Assembly: GCA_021845905.1 (NCBI GenBank)
Contig: JAJZVA010000005.1
Span: forward strand, 36,861-100,860
Length of the DNA stretch: 64,000 nucleotides
Origin: Pseudomonadota bacterium
GTDB lineage: Bacteria; Pseudomonadota; Alphaproteobacteria; Micavibrionales; UBA2020
Direction of reading: 5' to 3'
Below, one piece after another: positions 1 to 9,272 of the stretch. Numbering within the stretch: position 1 is the first letter of the stretch; the number at the start of each line of letters is the position of its first letter. Made by a program: the position numbers and the translations under genes. The notes under the pieces are model-generated. The model saw only the letters and a program-made list of their open reading frames with translations. It was not told the origin of the DNA and made no database searches.

Positions 1-435
1 GAGGATGGTGGCGTCCGACGGCGCGACGCGGTCGGCCATGTTCAAAACGCTTTTCATCGCCGGGTCGTTCGCCAGCATGGTGTTGTTTTCTTCGGCGATG
101 GCTTCGAGCACGGCGGCGATGAGCTCGGCGTTGGGCGGCAGGGGGATGTATTCCTTCGCGCCTGCCTTGATCGCCTTCACGGCGGTCGGCGCGTCCGTGC
201 CGATGCCGCAGGCGACGACGGGGACGGCGAAGCGCTCGTTCTTCAACTGCTCGATCAGCAGGGCGATGTCGAGCTTGACGTCCATCATGATCAAATCCGC
301 GCCGCGTCCGCTCCGCAACGCGCCCAGGGCTTGTTCGATGTCCTCGGTGTGCGTCACTTTCGCGCCGCGGCCGATGGCGATTTTGCCGGCCGTGCTGATT
401 TGTCCGCTGAGGCTGCCGATGATCATCAGGCGCAT
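1..435 (-). CDS. flbD: Sigma-54-dependent flagellar activator FlbD, N-terminal receiver part (gene runs off the left edge)
   Basis: Own translation of minus strand from ATG 435-433: MRLMIIGSLSGQISTAGKIAIGRGAKV...FAVPVVACGIGTDAPTAVKAIKAGAKEYIPLPPNAELIAAVLEAI...DPAMKSVLNMADRVAPSDATIL. This closely resembles the Caulobacter FlbD N-terminus. GGAGGAG lies about 10 nt upstream. It is the last gene of a fliF-fliG-fliH-fliN-flbD order. Not in the ORF track because it is open at the edge. Confidence 0.8.
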   Translation of the reverse strand, partial: MRLMIIGSLSGQISTAGKIAIGRGAKVTHTEDIEQALGALRSGRGADLIMMDVKLDIALLIEQLKNERFAVPVVACGIGTDAPTAVKAIKAGAKEYIPLPPNAELIAAVLEAIAEENNTMLANDPAMKSVLNMADRVAPSDATIL

Positions 436-475
436 GGTGTTTCAATCTCCTCCGTCGTCATTCCGCCGGGTTTTT

Positions 476-802
476 TCAAGACCTGTCGGATTTCACGATT
501 TCCGTCATCGTCACGCCGAGGCGGTCTTCGACGACGATGACTTCGCCGCGCGCGACAAGGCGGTTGTTCACGTAGATGTCGATCGCTTCGCCGACCTTGC
601 GGTCCAGCTCGACGACCGCGCCGCGGCCGAGTTTCAGAAGCTGGCTGACCTGCATGGTCGATTTGCCGAGCACGGCGGAAATCTGCACCGGAATGTCGTA
701 GATCGCGTCGATGTCTTTCTTGCGCGTTTCCACGTTGGCGCTTGGCTTCACTTCCTCGAATGAGACGTTCTGCTGTGGCGTTTGTTCGTTGGGCGGCGTC
801 AT
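476..802 (-). CDS. fliN: Flagellar motor switch protein FliN
   Basis: ORF track 476..952. The last 108 aa (MTPPNEQ...DIPVQISAVLGKSTMQVSQLLKLGRGAVVELDRKVGEAIDIYVNNRLVARGEVIVVEDRLGVTMTEIV) form a typical FliN/SpoA domain. ATG at 802 overlaps the fliH stop as ATGA. The longer N-terminal extension is Arg-rich and overlaps fliH out of frame. Confidence 0.9.
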   Translation of the reverse strand: MTPPNEQTPQQNVSFEEVKPSANVETRKKDIDAIYDIPVQISAVLGKSTMQVSQLLKLGRGAVVELDRKVGEAIDIYVNNRLVARGEVIVVEDRLGVTMTEIVKSDRS

Positions 803-1488
803 TTTTGTTCTCCGTTCCTGTTGGTGTTGTCCGTTTCGGGGTCGAGCGTCGTGGCCACGCCGGTGACGGCCTTGGCGAATTCGTTGTCGATTTGGGAAAA
901 CAGCCGTTCGAAGAGGCGTTCCGCGCCGCCGTCCGCCCATTCCACGCGGCAATCCGTTTCGGCGAGGGTGTCATCGGCGATGAGGATGACTTTTCCGGCA
1001 TAGGCTTTCCCGGCGCTTAAAGACTCGACGCGGCTTTTCAGCGCCTCGAGGTGCGCCGTCGGCACGGTGATGGCGATGCGCGGCTCGTCGCGCCGCGCTT
1101 CGATCGATTGCAGGATGACGCGCTCGATTTCAGGCAGCGCGTATTGACGCGCGAAGCCGGGCAGGAGCTTGTGCACGACCTGCATGGCCAGTCTGACGGT
1201 GTCGCCGCATTTTTCGAGTTCGCGCCGTTCTTCGTTCCGGACGAGATTTTCCGTTTGTATGAGCGTTTTTTGCAAAAGATCTCCGATGCGCGCTTCCTGC
1301 TGCGCCTGCGTTTCGCGCATGCCCTCGGCCTTGCCCGCGGCGAGGCTCTGGCTTTTGGCGAGCATCATCTGTTCTTCGGTGTAAACGACTTCCTCAGGCT
1401 GGTTGCCGTCGAAGTTGTTTTGGTCGAACAGGAATTTCTTCGCGTCGGGCATGGGTTGAGGTCCGTCTTCTTCAGAAGATGAGTTCAT
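799..1488 (-). CDS. fliH: Flagellar assembly protein FliH/FlbE-like
   Basis: 229-aa ORF filling the fliG-fliN interval, with a charged N-terminal half and a conserved-looking C-terminal half ([18 protein letters not shown]...[22 protein letters not shown]). The call rests mainly on synteny with the Caulobacter fliF operon. An alternative start is at 1452. Confidence 0.65.
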   Translation of the reverse strand: MNSSSEEDGPQPMPDAKKFLFDQNNFDGNQPEEVVYTEEQMMLAKSQSLAAGKAEGMRETQAQQEARIGDLLQKTLIQTENLVRNEERRELEKCGDTVRLAMQVVHKLLPGFARQYALPEIERVILQSIEARRDEPRIAITVPTAHLEALKSRVESLSAGKAYAGKVILIADDTLAETDCRVEWADGGAERLFERLFSQIDNEFAKAVTGVATTLDPETDNTNRNGEQK

Positions 1489-2488
1489 CGTCGTCTTTCG
1501 AGGTTACGATGGTGATTTCGCCGCGGTCGGCGAGGTCCTTGGTCACGGCGACGATGCTTTGCTGGGCCTCCTCGACGTCCTTGAGGCGCACGGGGCCCAT
1601 GGCGGCGATGTCTTCCTTCATGATCTTGCCGGCGCGCTCGGACATGTTGGAGAAGAAGAGATCCTTCATCGCATCGCTTGCCCCCTTCAGCGCGAGCGGG
1701 ATCTTCTCCTTGTCGGCGGTACGGATGACGGTTTGCAGCGCGCCCGGGTCGAGTTTGGCGAGATCTTCGAAGGTGAACATCAGACTGCGGATCTTTTCGG
1801 CGGATTCGGGGTTGCGCTCTTCGAGAGAACCCATGAACTGCGTTTCGACCGAGCGCTCGAGATTGTTGAAGATTTCCGCCATGATTTCGTGGGAATCGCG
1901 GCGGTTGGTGCGCGCGAGGTTGGACATGAACTCGGTACGCAGCGTGCGCTCCACGTCGTCGAGGACTTCTTTTTGCACAGCTTCCATGCGGAGCATGCGC
2001 ATGATGACTTCCATCGCGAAGCCTTCCGGCAGCAGGGCGAGCACGCGGGCGGCGTGCTCCGGCGTGATCTTGGAGATGACGACGGCGACGGTTTGCGGAT
2101 ATTCCTTCTGCAGGTAGCTGGCGAGGATTTCCTCGGAGACGTTGGACAGCTTTTCCCACATGGTGCGGCCGGCGGGGCCGCGGATTTCTTCCATGATGTT
2201 GTCGACCTTGTCCTTGCCGAGGACGCGCACCAGGAGGCGCTCGGTCGAGTCGAGCGAGCCGACGAGCGAGCTGGTCGAGCTCATGCTCTCCGCGAATTCG
2301 ACGAACAGGCGCTCCGTCACGTTGGCGCTGACCTTGCCGAGGTTGGACATGGTTTGCGAGATCTGCATGATTTCGTCTTCATCGAGCTGCTCGAAGATCT
2401 TGGCGGTATGGTCTTCGCCGATCGACAAGAGCAGGATGGCCGATTTTTCGGCGCCGGTGAGTGTGCGGTAATCCTCGCGTACGCGCAT
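1472..2488 (-). CDS. fliG: Flagellar motor switch protein FliG
   Basis: 338 aa: [44 protein letters not shown] ... [44 protein letters not shown]. Full-length FliG signature. Confidence 0.95.
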   Translation of the reverse strand: MRVREDYRTLTGAEKSAILLLSIGEDHTAKIFEQLDEDEIMQISQTMSNLGKVSANVTERLFVEFAESMSSTSSLVGSLDSTERLLVRVLGKDKVDNIMEEIRGPAGRTMWEKLSNVSEEILASYLQKEYPQTVAVVISKITPEHAARVLALLPEGFAMEVIMRMLRMEAVQKEVLDDVERTLRTEFMSNLARTNRRDSHEIMAEIFNNLERSVETQFMGSLEERNPESAEKIRSLMFTFEDLAKLDPGALQTVIRTADKEKIPLALKGASDAMKDLFFSNMSERAGKIMKEDIAAMGPVRLKDVEEAQQSIVAVTKDLADRGEITIVTSKDDDELIF

Positions 2489-2491
2489 CTT

Positions 2492-4186
2492 TTAATTCTC
2501 CTGTGACATCCATGAACGGATGACGGCGACCGCCTCCGTGGGGTGGTTTTGCACGAGCTCGCTGATCTTCTGCACCGAGGAGGCCTTCACCTTGCCTTCG
2601 ACCTGCGACATGTCGATCATCGCCTCGAGCTCTCCGTCGGGCGCGCCTCCCTGCGGCGCGGCGAGTTGCGGCGGCGCGGCGCCAGCCGTCAGCATGGGCG
2701 CGGCTTCGCCACCGGCCGGAAGGCGCGGCGTGCTCTCGATCATGTGTATCGCCAGCGGACGCAGGACCAGCAGGATGACCAGCGCGGCGACGATGCTGAG
2801 CGCGAGCGTTTCGGCGGCGTTCAGCAGGTCCGATTTCTGGAAGCCCATGATCTGCGAGGTGTCTTTCGGCGCGGGCGGCACAGGTTCCTGCGCGAACTGC
2901 ATGTTGACGACCTGCACGCTGTCACCGCGCGCGGCGTTGAAGCCGACGGCGGATTTGACCAGCGACGTGATCTGGCTGATTTCCGTCGCGCTGAGCGGCA
3001 CGTATTTTTGCGGCGGCTGCCAGTCCGCGGGCGCGTCCTTGGGTTTTTTCACCGAGGTGTCCGGAACGTATTTTCCGTCGACGAGGACGGCGACGGAAAG
3101 TTTCTTGATCGTGCCCGGCGCGCGGCGCATTGTCTCGACCGTCTTGCTGATTTCGTAGTTGGTGATTTCATTGTCGGTGGTGTGCTTGCTGGTCGGCGTC
3201 GTCGACGCGCCGCTGCCCGACGAAGAGCCGCCGCCCGGCAGGCCGGGCAGGTTGGTCGAAACGGACACCGCGCCGCTGGAGTTGGCGTTGCCGGAAGAGG
3301 AATTGTCGATGCTGCTGGTGGTGTCCGACTGGGTGGAGCGCACGACCTGGCCGTCCGGATTGTAGGATTCCGAATTGCTGCTGACCTGGTCGAAATCCAT
3401 CTCCGCCGTCACGTTGGCGCGGACGTTCCCGTAACCGACGATCCTGCCGACCATGTCTTCGATCGAGCGCGCCGTGCGCATGTCGAATTTCTCGGTGATC
3501 TGGGCGTCGCTGTCGGCGGAATAGTCGTTGCTGTTGCCGTCGCCCTGCGCGAGCAGGTTACCGTCCTGGTCGATGATCGCGACGTTGTTGGCGTTGAGGC
3601 GCGGCACGGCGGCGGCGATCAGGTGCTGGATCGCGTGGATCTGCCCGGGCGTGATGCTCGCCGTGTTGCGCAGATTGAGGAACACGCTGGCGGAGGCGGG
3701 CGTTTCGCTGTTGCTGAAAAGTTCGTGCTGCGGCAGGACGAGCTGGATGCGCGAGCTGCGCACGCCGTCGATGGAATCCACCGTGCGGGCGAGTTCGCCT
3801 TCAAGCGCGCGCTGGGCATCGATGTTCTCGACGAACTGCGTCGTGCCGAAAGCCTGCTTCTGATCGAAAATTTCGTAGCCGACGGAGCCTTCGGACGGCA
3901 GGCCGTCTTCCGCCAGCAGGATGCGCGCCTTGCCGACGTCTTTTTGCGGCACCATGATCTGCTTGCCGTCGGCGCTGAGCTTGTAGGGGATATGCGTGTT
4001 GTCGAGTTTGGCGGCGATCTCCGTCGCGTCGGAGGTGGAGAGCTGGCCGTACAGCAACGTCATCCCCGGCGTGTTCGACCGCGCCGCGACGAAGATAAAG
4101 AAAATCACCAGACCGAAAAACGTCACCAGCATGACCGCAAGGCGGCCCGCGCCCAGATTTTTCAGCGTCTCAAGAAATGAATCCAC
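2492..4186 (-). CDS. fliF: Flagellar MS-ring protein FliF
   Basis: 564 aa with an N-terminal TM, YscJ/FliF domain (LYGQLSTSDATEIAAKLDNTHIPYKL...GKQIMVPQKDVGKARILLAEDGLP), Ser/Gly-rich linker and C-terminal TM. The start codon is GTG (4186-4184). Confidence 0.95.
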   Translation of the reverse strand: MDSFLETLKNLGAGRLAVMLVTFFGLVIFFIFVAARSNTPGMTLLYGQLSTSDATEIAAKLDNTHIPYKLSADGKQIMVPQKDVGKARILLAEDGLPSEGSVGYEIFDQKQAFGTTQFVENIDAQRALEGELARTVDSIDGVRSSRIQLVLPQHELFSNSETPASASVFLNLRNTASITPGQIHAIQHLIAAAVPRLNANNVAIIDQDGNLLAQGDGNSNDYSADSDAQITEKFDMRTARSIEDMVGRIVGYGNVRANVTAEMDFDQVSSNSESYNPDGQVVRSTQSDTTSSIDNSSSGNANSSGAVSVSTNLPGLPGGGSSSGSGASTTPTSKHTTDNEITNYEISKTVETMRRAPGTIKKLSVAVLVDGKYVPDTSVKKPKDAPADWQPPQKYVPLSATEISQITSLVKSAVGFNAARGDSVQVVNMQFAQEPVPPAPKDTSQIMGFQKSDLLNAAETLALSIVAALVILLVLRPLAIHMIESTPRLPAGGEAAPMLTAGAAPPQLAAPQGGAPDGELEAMIDMSQVEGKVKASSVQKISELVQNHPTEAVAVIRSWMSQEN

Positions 4187-4423
4187 CTGACATCACCTTC
4201 ACTTTGCAACCCCGACAAAGAAGGGAATCCGAGCGTTCGACAAAAAAGCAAAACCCCAGACCCCACATTCTTTAGAGTAATCAATTTTTACCAACTAGGC
4301 AAATTTTGCCCGAGTCTTTCTTCATCTTTCTTAGGACATGCATTTTTTATGCTAACAGACTAGTTTTTACAAAGGCATAACAACGGTTTGAGTTTTATGG
4401 TTATTTTAATCTCTTTGGTGCTG

Positions 4424-4438
4424 TTAACTATTTGTTAA
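4424..4438. promoter_or_regulatory. CtrA-type box TTAA-N7-TTAA in the fliF / flaG-like divergent intergenic region
   Basis: TTAACTATTTGTTAA read directly. It is embedded in a tandem 11-bp direct repeat GTTAACTATTT x2 (4423-4444). It lies 128 nt upstream of ATG 4566 and 238 nt upstream of the fliF GTG. Confidence 0.45.
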
Positions 4439-4565
4439 CTATTTGTTTTAAAAGAACTATTTTCAGTTTTCGCTTGCTTTTTGACAGGGGGCGTACTATG
4501 ATGAAAGTAGTAGTAGCAGATTTCTCCGTGGAGGGGTGTATCTGCTCGGATGGGAGCCATAGAAA

Positions 4566-5048
4566 ATGGTGGGTGTTGTAAACGCAGTTTCTTATGCGCA
4601 AAACGCCGTTCTGAAATCAGGTATTCAGAACATGCCTGCTCCTGCGCCGGTTCCGGCGCCATCGCTTTCAAGCATAGATTTTGTCACCTCCGGTATTTAT
4701 GTCGATAATTTACAGAACGTTGCGATTCTTGAATACCGTTCCAGCCAGACCGGCGAAGTGATACGTCAATATCCCGATCAGGCCCAGATCAACGCCTTCA
4801 AGGCGGCCGAGCGTCTGGCGCAACTGGCCGAAAGCGCTCACAGGCAGGCGGCGGCGCAGACAACGGCTTCGTCCGATACCACGGGGCATGTTGCGGCGTC
4901 TTCGCAAGGCGCGGGAACAGATGTTTCCCACGTTGCCCTGCAATCAGCCACAAGCGCTCCGGCGGAGCAGGCGCCCGCTCCTTCAGGCGGAAGCATCGGT
5001 TCCGCGCCGTCGGGAGCGTCGGGCGCGAGCGTCTCGGTTATTGCCTGA
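4566..5048 (+). CDS. flaG: FlaG-family flagellar protein with Ala/Ser/Pro-rich C-terminal tail
   Basis: 160 aa. The core IDFVTSGIYVDNLQNVAILEYRSSQTGEVIRQYPDQAQINAFKAAERL matches the FlaG pattern (..vv.v.D..TGEvIRQ.P.e....). GGGAG lies 9 nt upstream of the ATG. It neighbours flaF/flbT. Confidence 0.6.
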   Translation: MVGVVNAVSYAQNAVLKSGIQNMPAPAPVPAPSLSSIDFVTSGIYVDNLQNVAILEYRSSQTGEVIRQYPDQAQINAFKAAERLAQLAESAHRQAAAQTTASSDTTGHVAASSQGAGTDVSHVALQSATSAPAEQAPAPSGGSIGSAPSGASGASVSVIA

Positions 5049-5135
5049 GGCTTTTCAATACATGTCGGAACGGCTTGTCTGAATGCAGGACTCTGCGGTC
5101 CGGTCGCAGGCTTTTACAGTTGCTGGCGCGCCTGT

Positions 5136-5597
5136 TCAGGCCACGCTGTCGGAGGCCATCGCCTTGTGCGCTTCCGGCGGCTGTTTATGCGCTTTGGCGG
5201 CGTTTTCCGGCTTTTTCATGAGGCCCGCGGCGATGCATCGGTTGATGTTGATCAGCACCTGAAACTTGTCGGGCGTCGTTTCAATAAGGATTTCCTGCGT
5301 GTGCTTGAACACGAAGAAGGCGAGTGACGCCACGTTGTTTCTGAGGTCCTGCGGCAGGTGATGGTCCGGGTTGTCCATGTCGCTGACGAAGAGTTGCCAG
5401 AGCTTCTGGTTGTGGTTGAGGACGTCGCCCAGTTCTTCCAGTTTGACTTTCTCTCCGGACTCCAGACGCTGCATGAGGTCTTCGAGCTTTTGCGCGGCTT
5501 GCAGGAGAACGGTCGCCTCCATCGTGCGCTGGTCGGTGGCTGTGGCGATTTTGACGTAGGCGCCGGCGGCCTGGGAATAGGGGTTTTTACTGGACAT
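5136..5597 (-). CDS. flaF: Flagellin synthesis regulator FlaF
   Basis: MSSKNPYSQAAGAYVKIATATDQRTMEATVLLQAAQKLE...NQKLWQLFVSDMDNPDHHLPQDLRNNVASLAFFVFKHT is a typical FlaF. ATG 5597 is preceded by AGGAGA, which lies inside the longer ORF-track version starting at 5618. It overlaps the flbT stop by 11 nt. Confidence 0.85.
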   Translation of the reverse strand: MSSKNPYSQAAGAYVKIATATDQRTMEATVLLQAAQKLEDLMQRLESGEKVKLEELGDVLNHNQKLWQLFVSDMDNPDHHLPQDLRNNVASLAFFVFKHTQEILIETTPDKFQVLININRCIAAGLMKKPENAAKAHKQPPEAHKAMASDSVA

Positions 5598-5973
5598 TGG
5601 CGAGCATCTCCTTTTCATGTTCCATGAGGTTGCGTGATTCTTTCAGCGCTTTGTAGTACTCCCCGTTGAGAATGTGGGTGCTGATTTTGGCGAAGAAAAG
5701 GGCGGTCGAGGGCGCGGCCTTCTGGATGCTGTTGACAAGGGAGAAATAGGAGTTATGCAGGTTTTCAGGCGTTGCGGAGATATACATGAGCTGCACGGTG
5801 AAATAGACTTTTTTGCAGGGGCTGTCGGCTTCCGCCTCGGTCATGATGTCTTTTTCCCGCAGGATGGGGGCAGACCCCTCGATATGCAGACGGGTGCGTG
5901 CGTCGTCGTTGGTGACGAGGGCGCTGCCTATAATCAGCCGTTCATTGGGTTTCAGGTCTATAATCAGAGCCAT
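5587..5973 (-). CDS. flbT: Flagellin translational regulator FlbT
   Basis: MALIIDLKPNERLIIGSALVTNDDARTRLHIEGSAPILREKDIM...KVYFTVQLMYI is a typical FlbT N-terminus. flbT-flaF gene order. Confidence 0.85.
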   Translation of the reverse strand: MALIIDLKPNERLIIGSALVTNDDARTRLHIEGSAPILREKDIMTEAEADSPCKKVYFTVQLMYISATPENLHNSYFSLVNSIQKAAPSTALFFAKISTHILNGEYYKALKESRNLMEHEKEMLANVQ

Positions 5974-6108
5974 GAGATTCTCTCCGGTCTTTAAATTTGA
6001 CGAGTTTCTTTCGCCATCTCAGCTTACTTCCAGTATCTCACGAGATGGTTAACAAAATAATAACAGATTTTTCTTGTTTTCGGCGTTGCGGAGTGAAACT
6101 GTCTGGAT

Positions 6109-6945
6109 ATGATGGAAGAGCAAAAATTTACATATAACGAAATAGACGAAGACTATGCCGACGGGAACATTCCGTTGCATGGTCCCGCCGATTTCGAGGG
6201 CATGCGCAAGGCGGGCAGGCTCGGCGCGGAAGTGCTGGATTACATCACGCCGTTCGTTCAGCCAGGCGTGACGACGGACGAGCTCGACAGGCTCTGCCAT
6301 GAATATACGCTCGCGCATGGCGCGATCTCGGCGCCGCTCAACTACCGCGGCTTTCCGAAGTCGATTTGCACGTCGGTCAATCACGTCGTCTGCCACGGCA
6401 TTCCGGGGCCGAAGGTGCTCGAAGACGGCGACATCCTCAACATCGACGTCACCGTGATCCTCGACGGCTGGCACGGCGACACCAACCGCATGTTTTACGT
6501 CGGCGATAAAGTGTCGACCAAGGCGAAGCTGCTGGTCGATGCGACGTATGAGGCGATGATGCGCGGCATCGAGGCGGTGAAGCCCGGCGCGACGCTCGGC
6601 GACATCGGTCACGCCATACAGACTTACGCCGAGGGCAAAAGATTTTCCGTCGTGCGCGATTTCTGCGGCCACGGCATCGGCCGGATTTTTCACACCGCGC
6701 CTTCGGTGCTGCACTACGGCGAACCGGGCACGGGGCTGAAGCTCCAGCCCGGCATGTTCTTCACCATCGAGCCGATGATCAACGCCGGCGGCTGGCAGAC
6801 GAAAATCCTCAGCGACGGCTGGACGGCGGTGACGAAAGACCGTTCGCTCTCCGCGCAGTTCGAGCATTCTCTGGCCGTGACCGAGACCGGTTACGAGATA
6901 TTCACTCTTTCTCCCAAGGGATATGCCAAGCCGCCTTACGCATGA
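6109..6945 (+). CDS. map: Type I methionine aminopeptidase
   Basis: 278 aa: NYRGFPKSICTSVNHVVCHGIP...GDILNIDVTVILDGWHGDTNRMFYVG...FCGHGIGRIFHTAP...FTIEPMIN. All metal-ligand motifs are present. Confidence 0.95.
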   Translation: MMEEQKFTYNEIDEDYADGNIPLHGPADFEGMRKAGRLGAEVLDYITPFVQPGVTTDELDRLCHEYTLAHGAISAPLNYRGFPKSICTSVNHVVCHGIPGPKVLEDGDILNIDVTVILDGWHGDTNRMFYVGDKVSTKAKLLVDATYEAMMRGIEAVKPGATLGDIGHAIQTYAEGKRFSVVRDFCGHGIGRIFHTAPSVLHYGEPGTGLKLQPGMFFTIEPMINAGGWQTKILSDGWTAVTKDRSLSAQFEHSLAVTETGYEIFTLSPKGYAKPPYA

Positions 6946-6981
6946 GCCTCTGCCGCATGATCGTCCTATGCATGGCTGTCT

Positions 6982-7701
6982 GTGAAAAACATGAAATCTG
7001 ACGACGCAAAAAAAAATCTGCCGCACCATGCCGGACACCGCGACCGCCTGCGCGAACGGTTTTTGAAATCAGGGCTCGGCGGATTGCAGGATTACGAGCT
7101 GCTGGAGCTCGTTTTGTTTTCCGCCATTCCGCGCCGCGACGTGAAACCGCTGGCGAAGCAGCTGCTTTCCGAATTCGGCGGGATCTCGGGCGTTCTCAAC
7201 GCGCACGTCGCGGAGCTGCGGAAAGTCAAGGGCATGAGCGAGAACGCCGCCGTTTTGTTCAAGGCGGTGCAGGGGCTGACGCAGAAAATGCTGCTCTCCG
7301 ACATCGGCAAGAAGCCGGTGTTGAGCACATGGCAAAAGCTGATCGATTATTGCTATGTCGCCATGGCGCATGAAAAGCGCGAGCATTTCCGCGTGCTGTT
7401 CCTCAACCGCAAGAACCAGCTGATCGCCGACGAGGTGCAGCAGGTGGGCACGGTCGACCATACGCCGGTTTATCCGCGCGAGATCGTCAAGCGCGCGCTC
7501 GACCTCGGCGCGACGGCGCTGATCCTCGTCCACAATCACCCGAGCGGCGACCCCAGCCCCAGCGATTCCGACATTTCCATGACGGAGGAGATCATCCGCG
7601 CCGCCGCCGCGCTCGACATTCTCGTGCACGACCATTTGATCATCTCGCAGAGCGGCCACGTCAGTTTCAAATCTCTCGGGATTTTAAATTTTACCGCCTG
7701 A
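6982..7701 (+). CDS. radC: RadC-family JAB/MPN domain protein
   Basis: GHRDRLRERFLKSGLGGLQDYELLELVLFSAIPRRDVKPLAKQLL ... ALILVHNHPSGDPSPSDSDISMT. The track start 6982 is GTG; an ATG alternative is at 6991. Confidence 0.9.
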   Translation: MKNMKSDDAKKNLPHHAGHRDRLRERFLKSGLGGLQDYELLELVLFSAIPRRDVKPLAKQLLSEFGGISGVLNAHVAELRKVKGMSENAAVLFKAVQGLTQKMLLSDIGKKPVLSTWQKLIDYCYVAMAHEKREHFRVLFLNRKNQLIADEVQQVGTVDHTPVYPREIVKRALDLGATALILVHNHPSGDPSPSDSDISMTEEIIRAAAALDILVHDHLIISQSGHVSFKSLGILNFTA

Positions 7702-8151
7702 ACGCGGCACGAAGACGACGGCTTCCATCGTCATGACGGTTTCGCCATTCTGGTTGACGACGGTGTTTTTGGTGCGCATCAGCCCGCGGTCGGGCGCGGA
7801 TTTCGAGAGGCGGAGCTCGGCGATTTCTATGGCCAGCGACAAAACATCGCCCGGACGCACGGGGCGCGGCCAGCTGATGTTCTCGACTGCGCGGCCGACC
7901 ATGCCGCCTTTCATTTTCGGCGTCGCCGCGACGATCATGCGCATGGCGAGGGCGGCGGTGTGCCAGCCGCTCGCCACCAGTTCGCCGAAGACGGTGTCCC
8001 TGGCTTTGACGGGGTCGGTGTGAAAATCCTGCGGATCGTACTCCCGCGCGAAGGCGATGATGTCGTCTTGCGTGACCGTCACCGGTCCGGCATTGAACGT
8101 CTGGCCGACGGCGCAATCTTCAAAGTAAATGTAGGGTTCCTGTTGGGACAT
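7684..8151 (-). CDS. MaoC-like (R)-hydratase/dehydratase domain protein
   Basis: 155 aa: FAREYDPQDFHTDPVKARDTVFGELVASGWHTAALAMRMIV...RPGDVL is a hot-dog fold MaoC signature. Its 3' end overlaps the radC 3' end by 18 nt (convergent). Confidence 0.85.
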   Translation of the reverse strand: MSQQEPYIYFEDCAVGQTFNAGPVTVTQDDIIAFAREYDPQDFHTDPVKARDTVFGELVASGWHTAALAMRMIVAATPKMKGGMVGRAVENISWPRPVRPGDVLSLAIEIAELRLSKSAPDRGLMRTKNTVVNQNGETVMTMEAVVFVPRSGGKI

Positions 8152-8212
8152 GCGGGTACATTATTACTTTCAAATCAGTAAGTTAAGTCTTTAATATTTT
8201 TTAACATAACTA

Positions 8213-8241
8213 TTGACGATGTATTTTTAATTATGTATATT
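8213..8241 (+). promoter_or_regulatory. Near-consensus sigma70-type promoter (TTGACG-17-TATATT) for the HExxH paralogue operon
   Basis: Read directly in an A+T-rich spacer: TTGACG 8213-8218, 17-nt spacer, TATATT 8236-8241. The ORF-track ATG at 8233 lies inside the spacer, which favours ATG 8269 as the real start. Confidence 0.5.
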
Positions 8242-8268
8242 AAAACACCATTCCAACAAGAGGCGGAC

Positions 8269-9261
8269 ATGAATCCATCAAACGAAACGCTGACCGCAGA
8301 ATTGAATAAAGTCGCCGCCGAAGCGCATCAGGCGTTTCCGGAGAAGCTGGAACGTCTGGTCGTGATTTTTCCGCCGCTGGAAACACCGGTTTTTGTCGCG
8401 CCAGCGGTTGCGGCGCATCTGGCGGAGAATGTGGCGGCGGTCAAAAAGGCCGTGCGCGAGTGGGCTGATTGCATGCGCAAACGGTATTGTGCGGGCGTCG
8501 CGTCACGGAATTATCCGCTGGCCGGAATACGCGTGGACATGATTGCACAGGCAGGGGATTGTATCGGCGATGGTAGCGTGGAGTCGAGGCTTTTCAATTT
8601 TCATCACGAGATCGGCCATCATATTCTCAGGAACGGTTACCCCGATGTCGTTTCCGCCCAAAAGGCGGAATGCGCCGCCGATGCCTATGCCATGCTGTGG
8701 CATATCCAGCGGTTCGGCATGGATACATGGATCGTGCGAAGCCGGGCGCAATTCAATGCCGCCCTGATGATCTTCAATGAAGATACCGATCATTACACGG
8801 TGAAAGCACTTCAAAGAGCGATCGAGGTCGCGAAAGAAAAAGATCTTTCCGCCTTGTCGCCGCGTGAAATCGCGGCCGAGGCGGAAAATATAGCCGACGC
8901 ATGCGCGCTTGACGAGGAAACTCTCGGAAGAGTGTGCAATGCTTTCGAACCGGCGCGCGCGCATCTCGACAAAGAGATGGGAGGTCGTCAGGTTGTGATG
9001 AACAAGCTCTATAAATCAGATAAAAACGCCATCCCTGCTTTCTGCCGCGTGGTATTGGACGTTATGTGCGTGCATGCGGATGATGCCGATATCTTCGAGG
9101 CAGGCAAGCAGTACCTGAGCCGTCCGTGTGTCGCGGCATTCATGCAAGAGCAGGCGAAAACCGATCCTTTCTACAAAGATGCGCTCGCGTTTCTCGATCG
9201 GGAGTCCGCGGAAGGCAGAATTATCCATTCTGCGCTGTATACGAAAAAACCTTATTTTTAA
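8269..9261 (+). CDS. Uncharacterised HExxH protein, paralogue 1 (putative Zn-metallopeptidase)
   Basis: Start MNPSNE preceded by AGAGGCGG. HEIGH at 8605-8619 is followed by ...AQKAECAADAYAMLWHIQRFG. No signal peptide. The C-terminus is ...FMQEQAKTDPFYKDALAFL...YTKKPYF. Confidence 0.75.
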   Translation: MNPSNETLTAELNKVAAEAHQAFPEKLERLVVIFPPLETPVFVAPAVAAHLAENVAAVKKAVREWADCMRKRYCAGVASRNYPLAGIRVDMIAQAGDCIGDGSVESRLFNFHHEIGHHILRNGYPDVVSAQKAECAADAYAMLWHIQRFGMDTWIVRSRAQFNAALMIFNEDTDHYTVKALQRAIEVAKEKDLSALSPREIAAEAENIADACALDEETLGRVCNAFEPARAHLDKEMGGRQVVMNKLYKSDKNAIPAFCRVVLDVMCVHADDADIFEAGKQYLSRPCVAAFMQEQAKTDPFYKDALAFLDRESAEGRIIHSALYTKKPYF

Positions 9262-9272
9262 AAGTAAAAAAC

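Noticed and set aside
2543-4180. Very long ORFs antisense to real genes. Examples: 2543-4180(+) opposite fliF, 13064-14269(-) opposite asmA, 26974-28917(-) opposite the MshE-like ATPase, 37947-39107(-), 40585-41775(-), 49232-50536(-) and 57804-59294(-).
   Set aside because: Their products are Arg/Ala/Gly/His-rich with low complexity and no motifs, while the opposite strand encodes clearly recognisable proteins. These are typical stop-poor shadow frames of GC-rich DNA.
4298-4309. Sigma-54-like element GGCAAATTTTGC in the fliF upstream region.
   Set aside because: GG and GC are separated by 8 nt rather than the 10 nt of the TGGCAC-N5-TTGC consensus. There is also no flanking consensus.
9126-9272. 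ORF-track 5' extension of HExxH paralogue 2 (GTG 9126), overlapping the end of paralogue 1.
   Set aside because: The extension has no similarity to paralogues 1 and 3, whereas the alignment begins exactly at Met 9273. It also overlaps paralogue 1 in another frame across that gene's best-conserved block.
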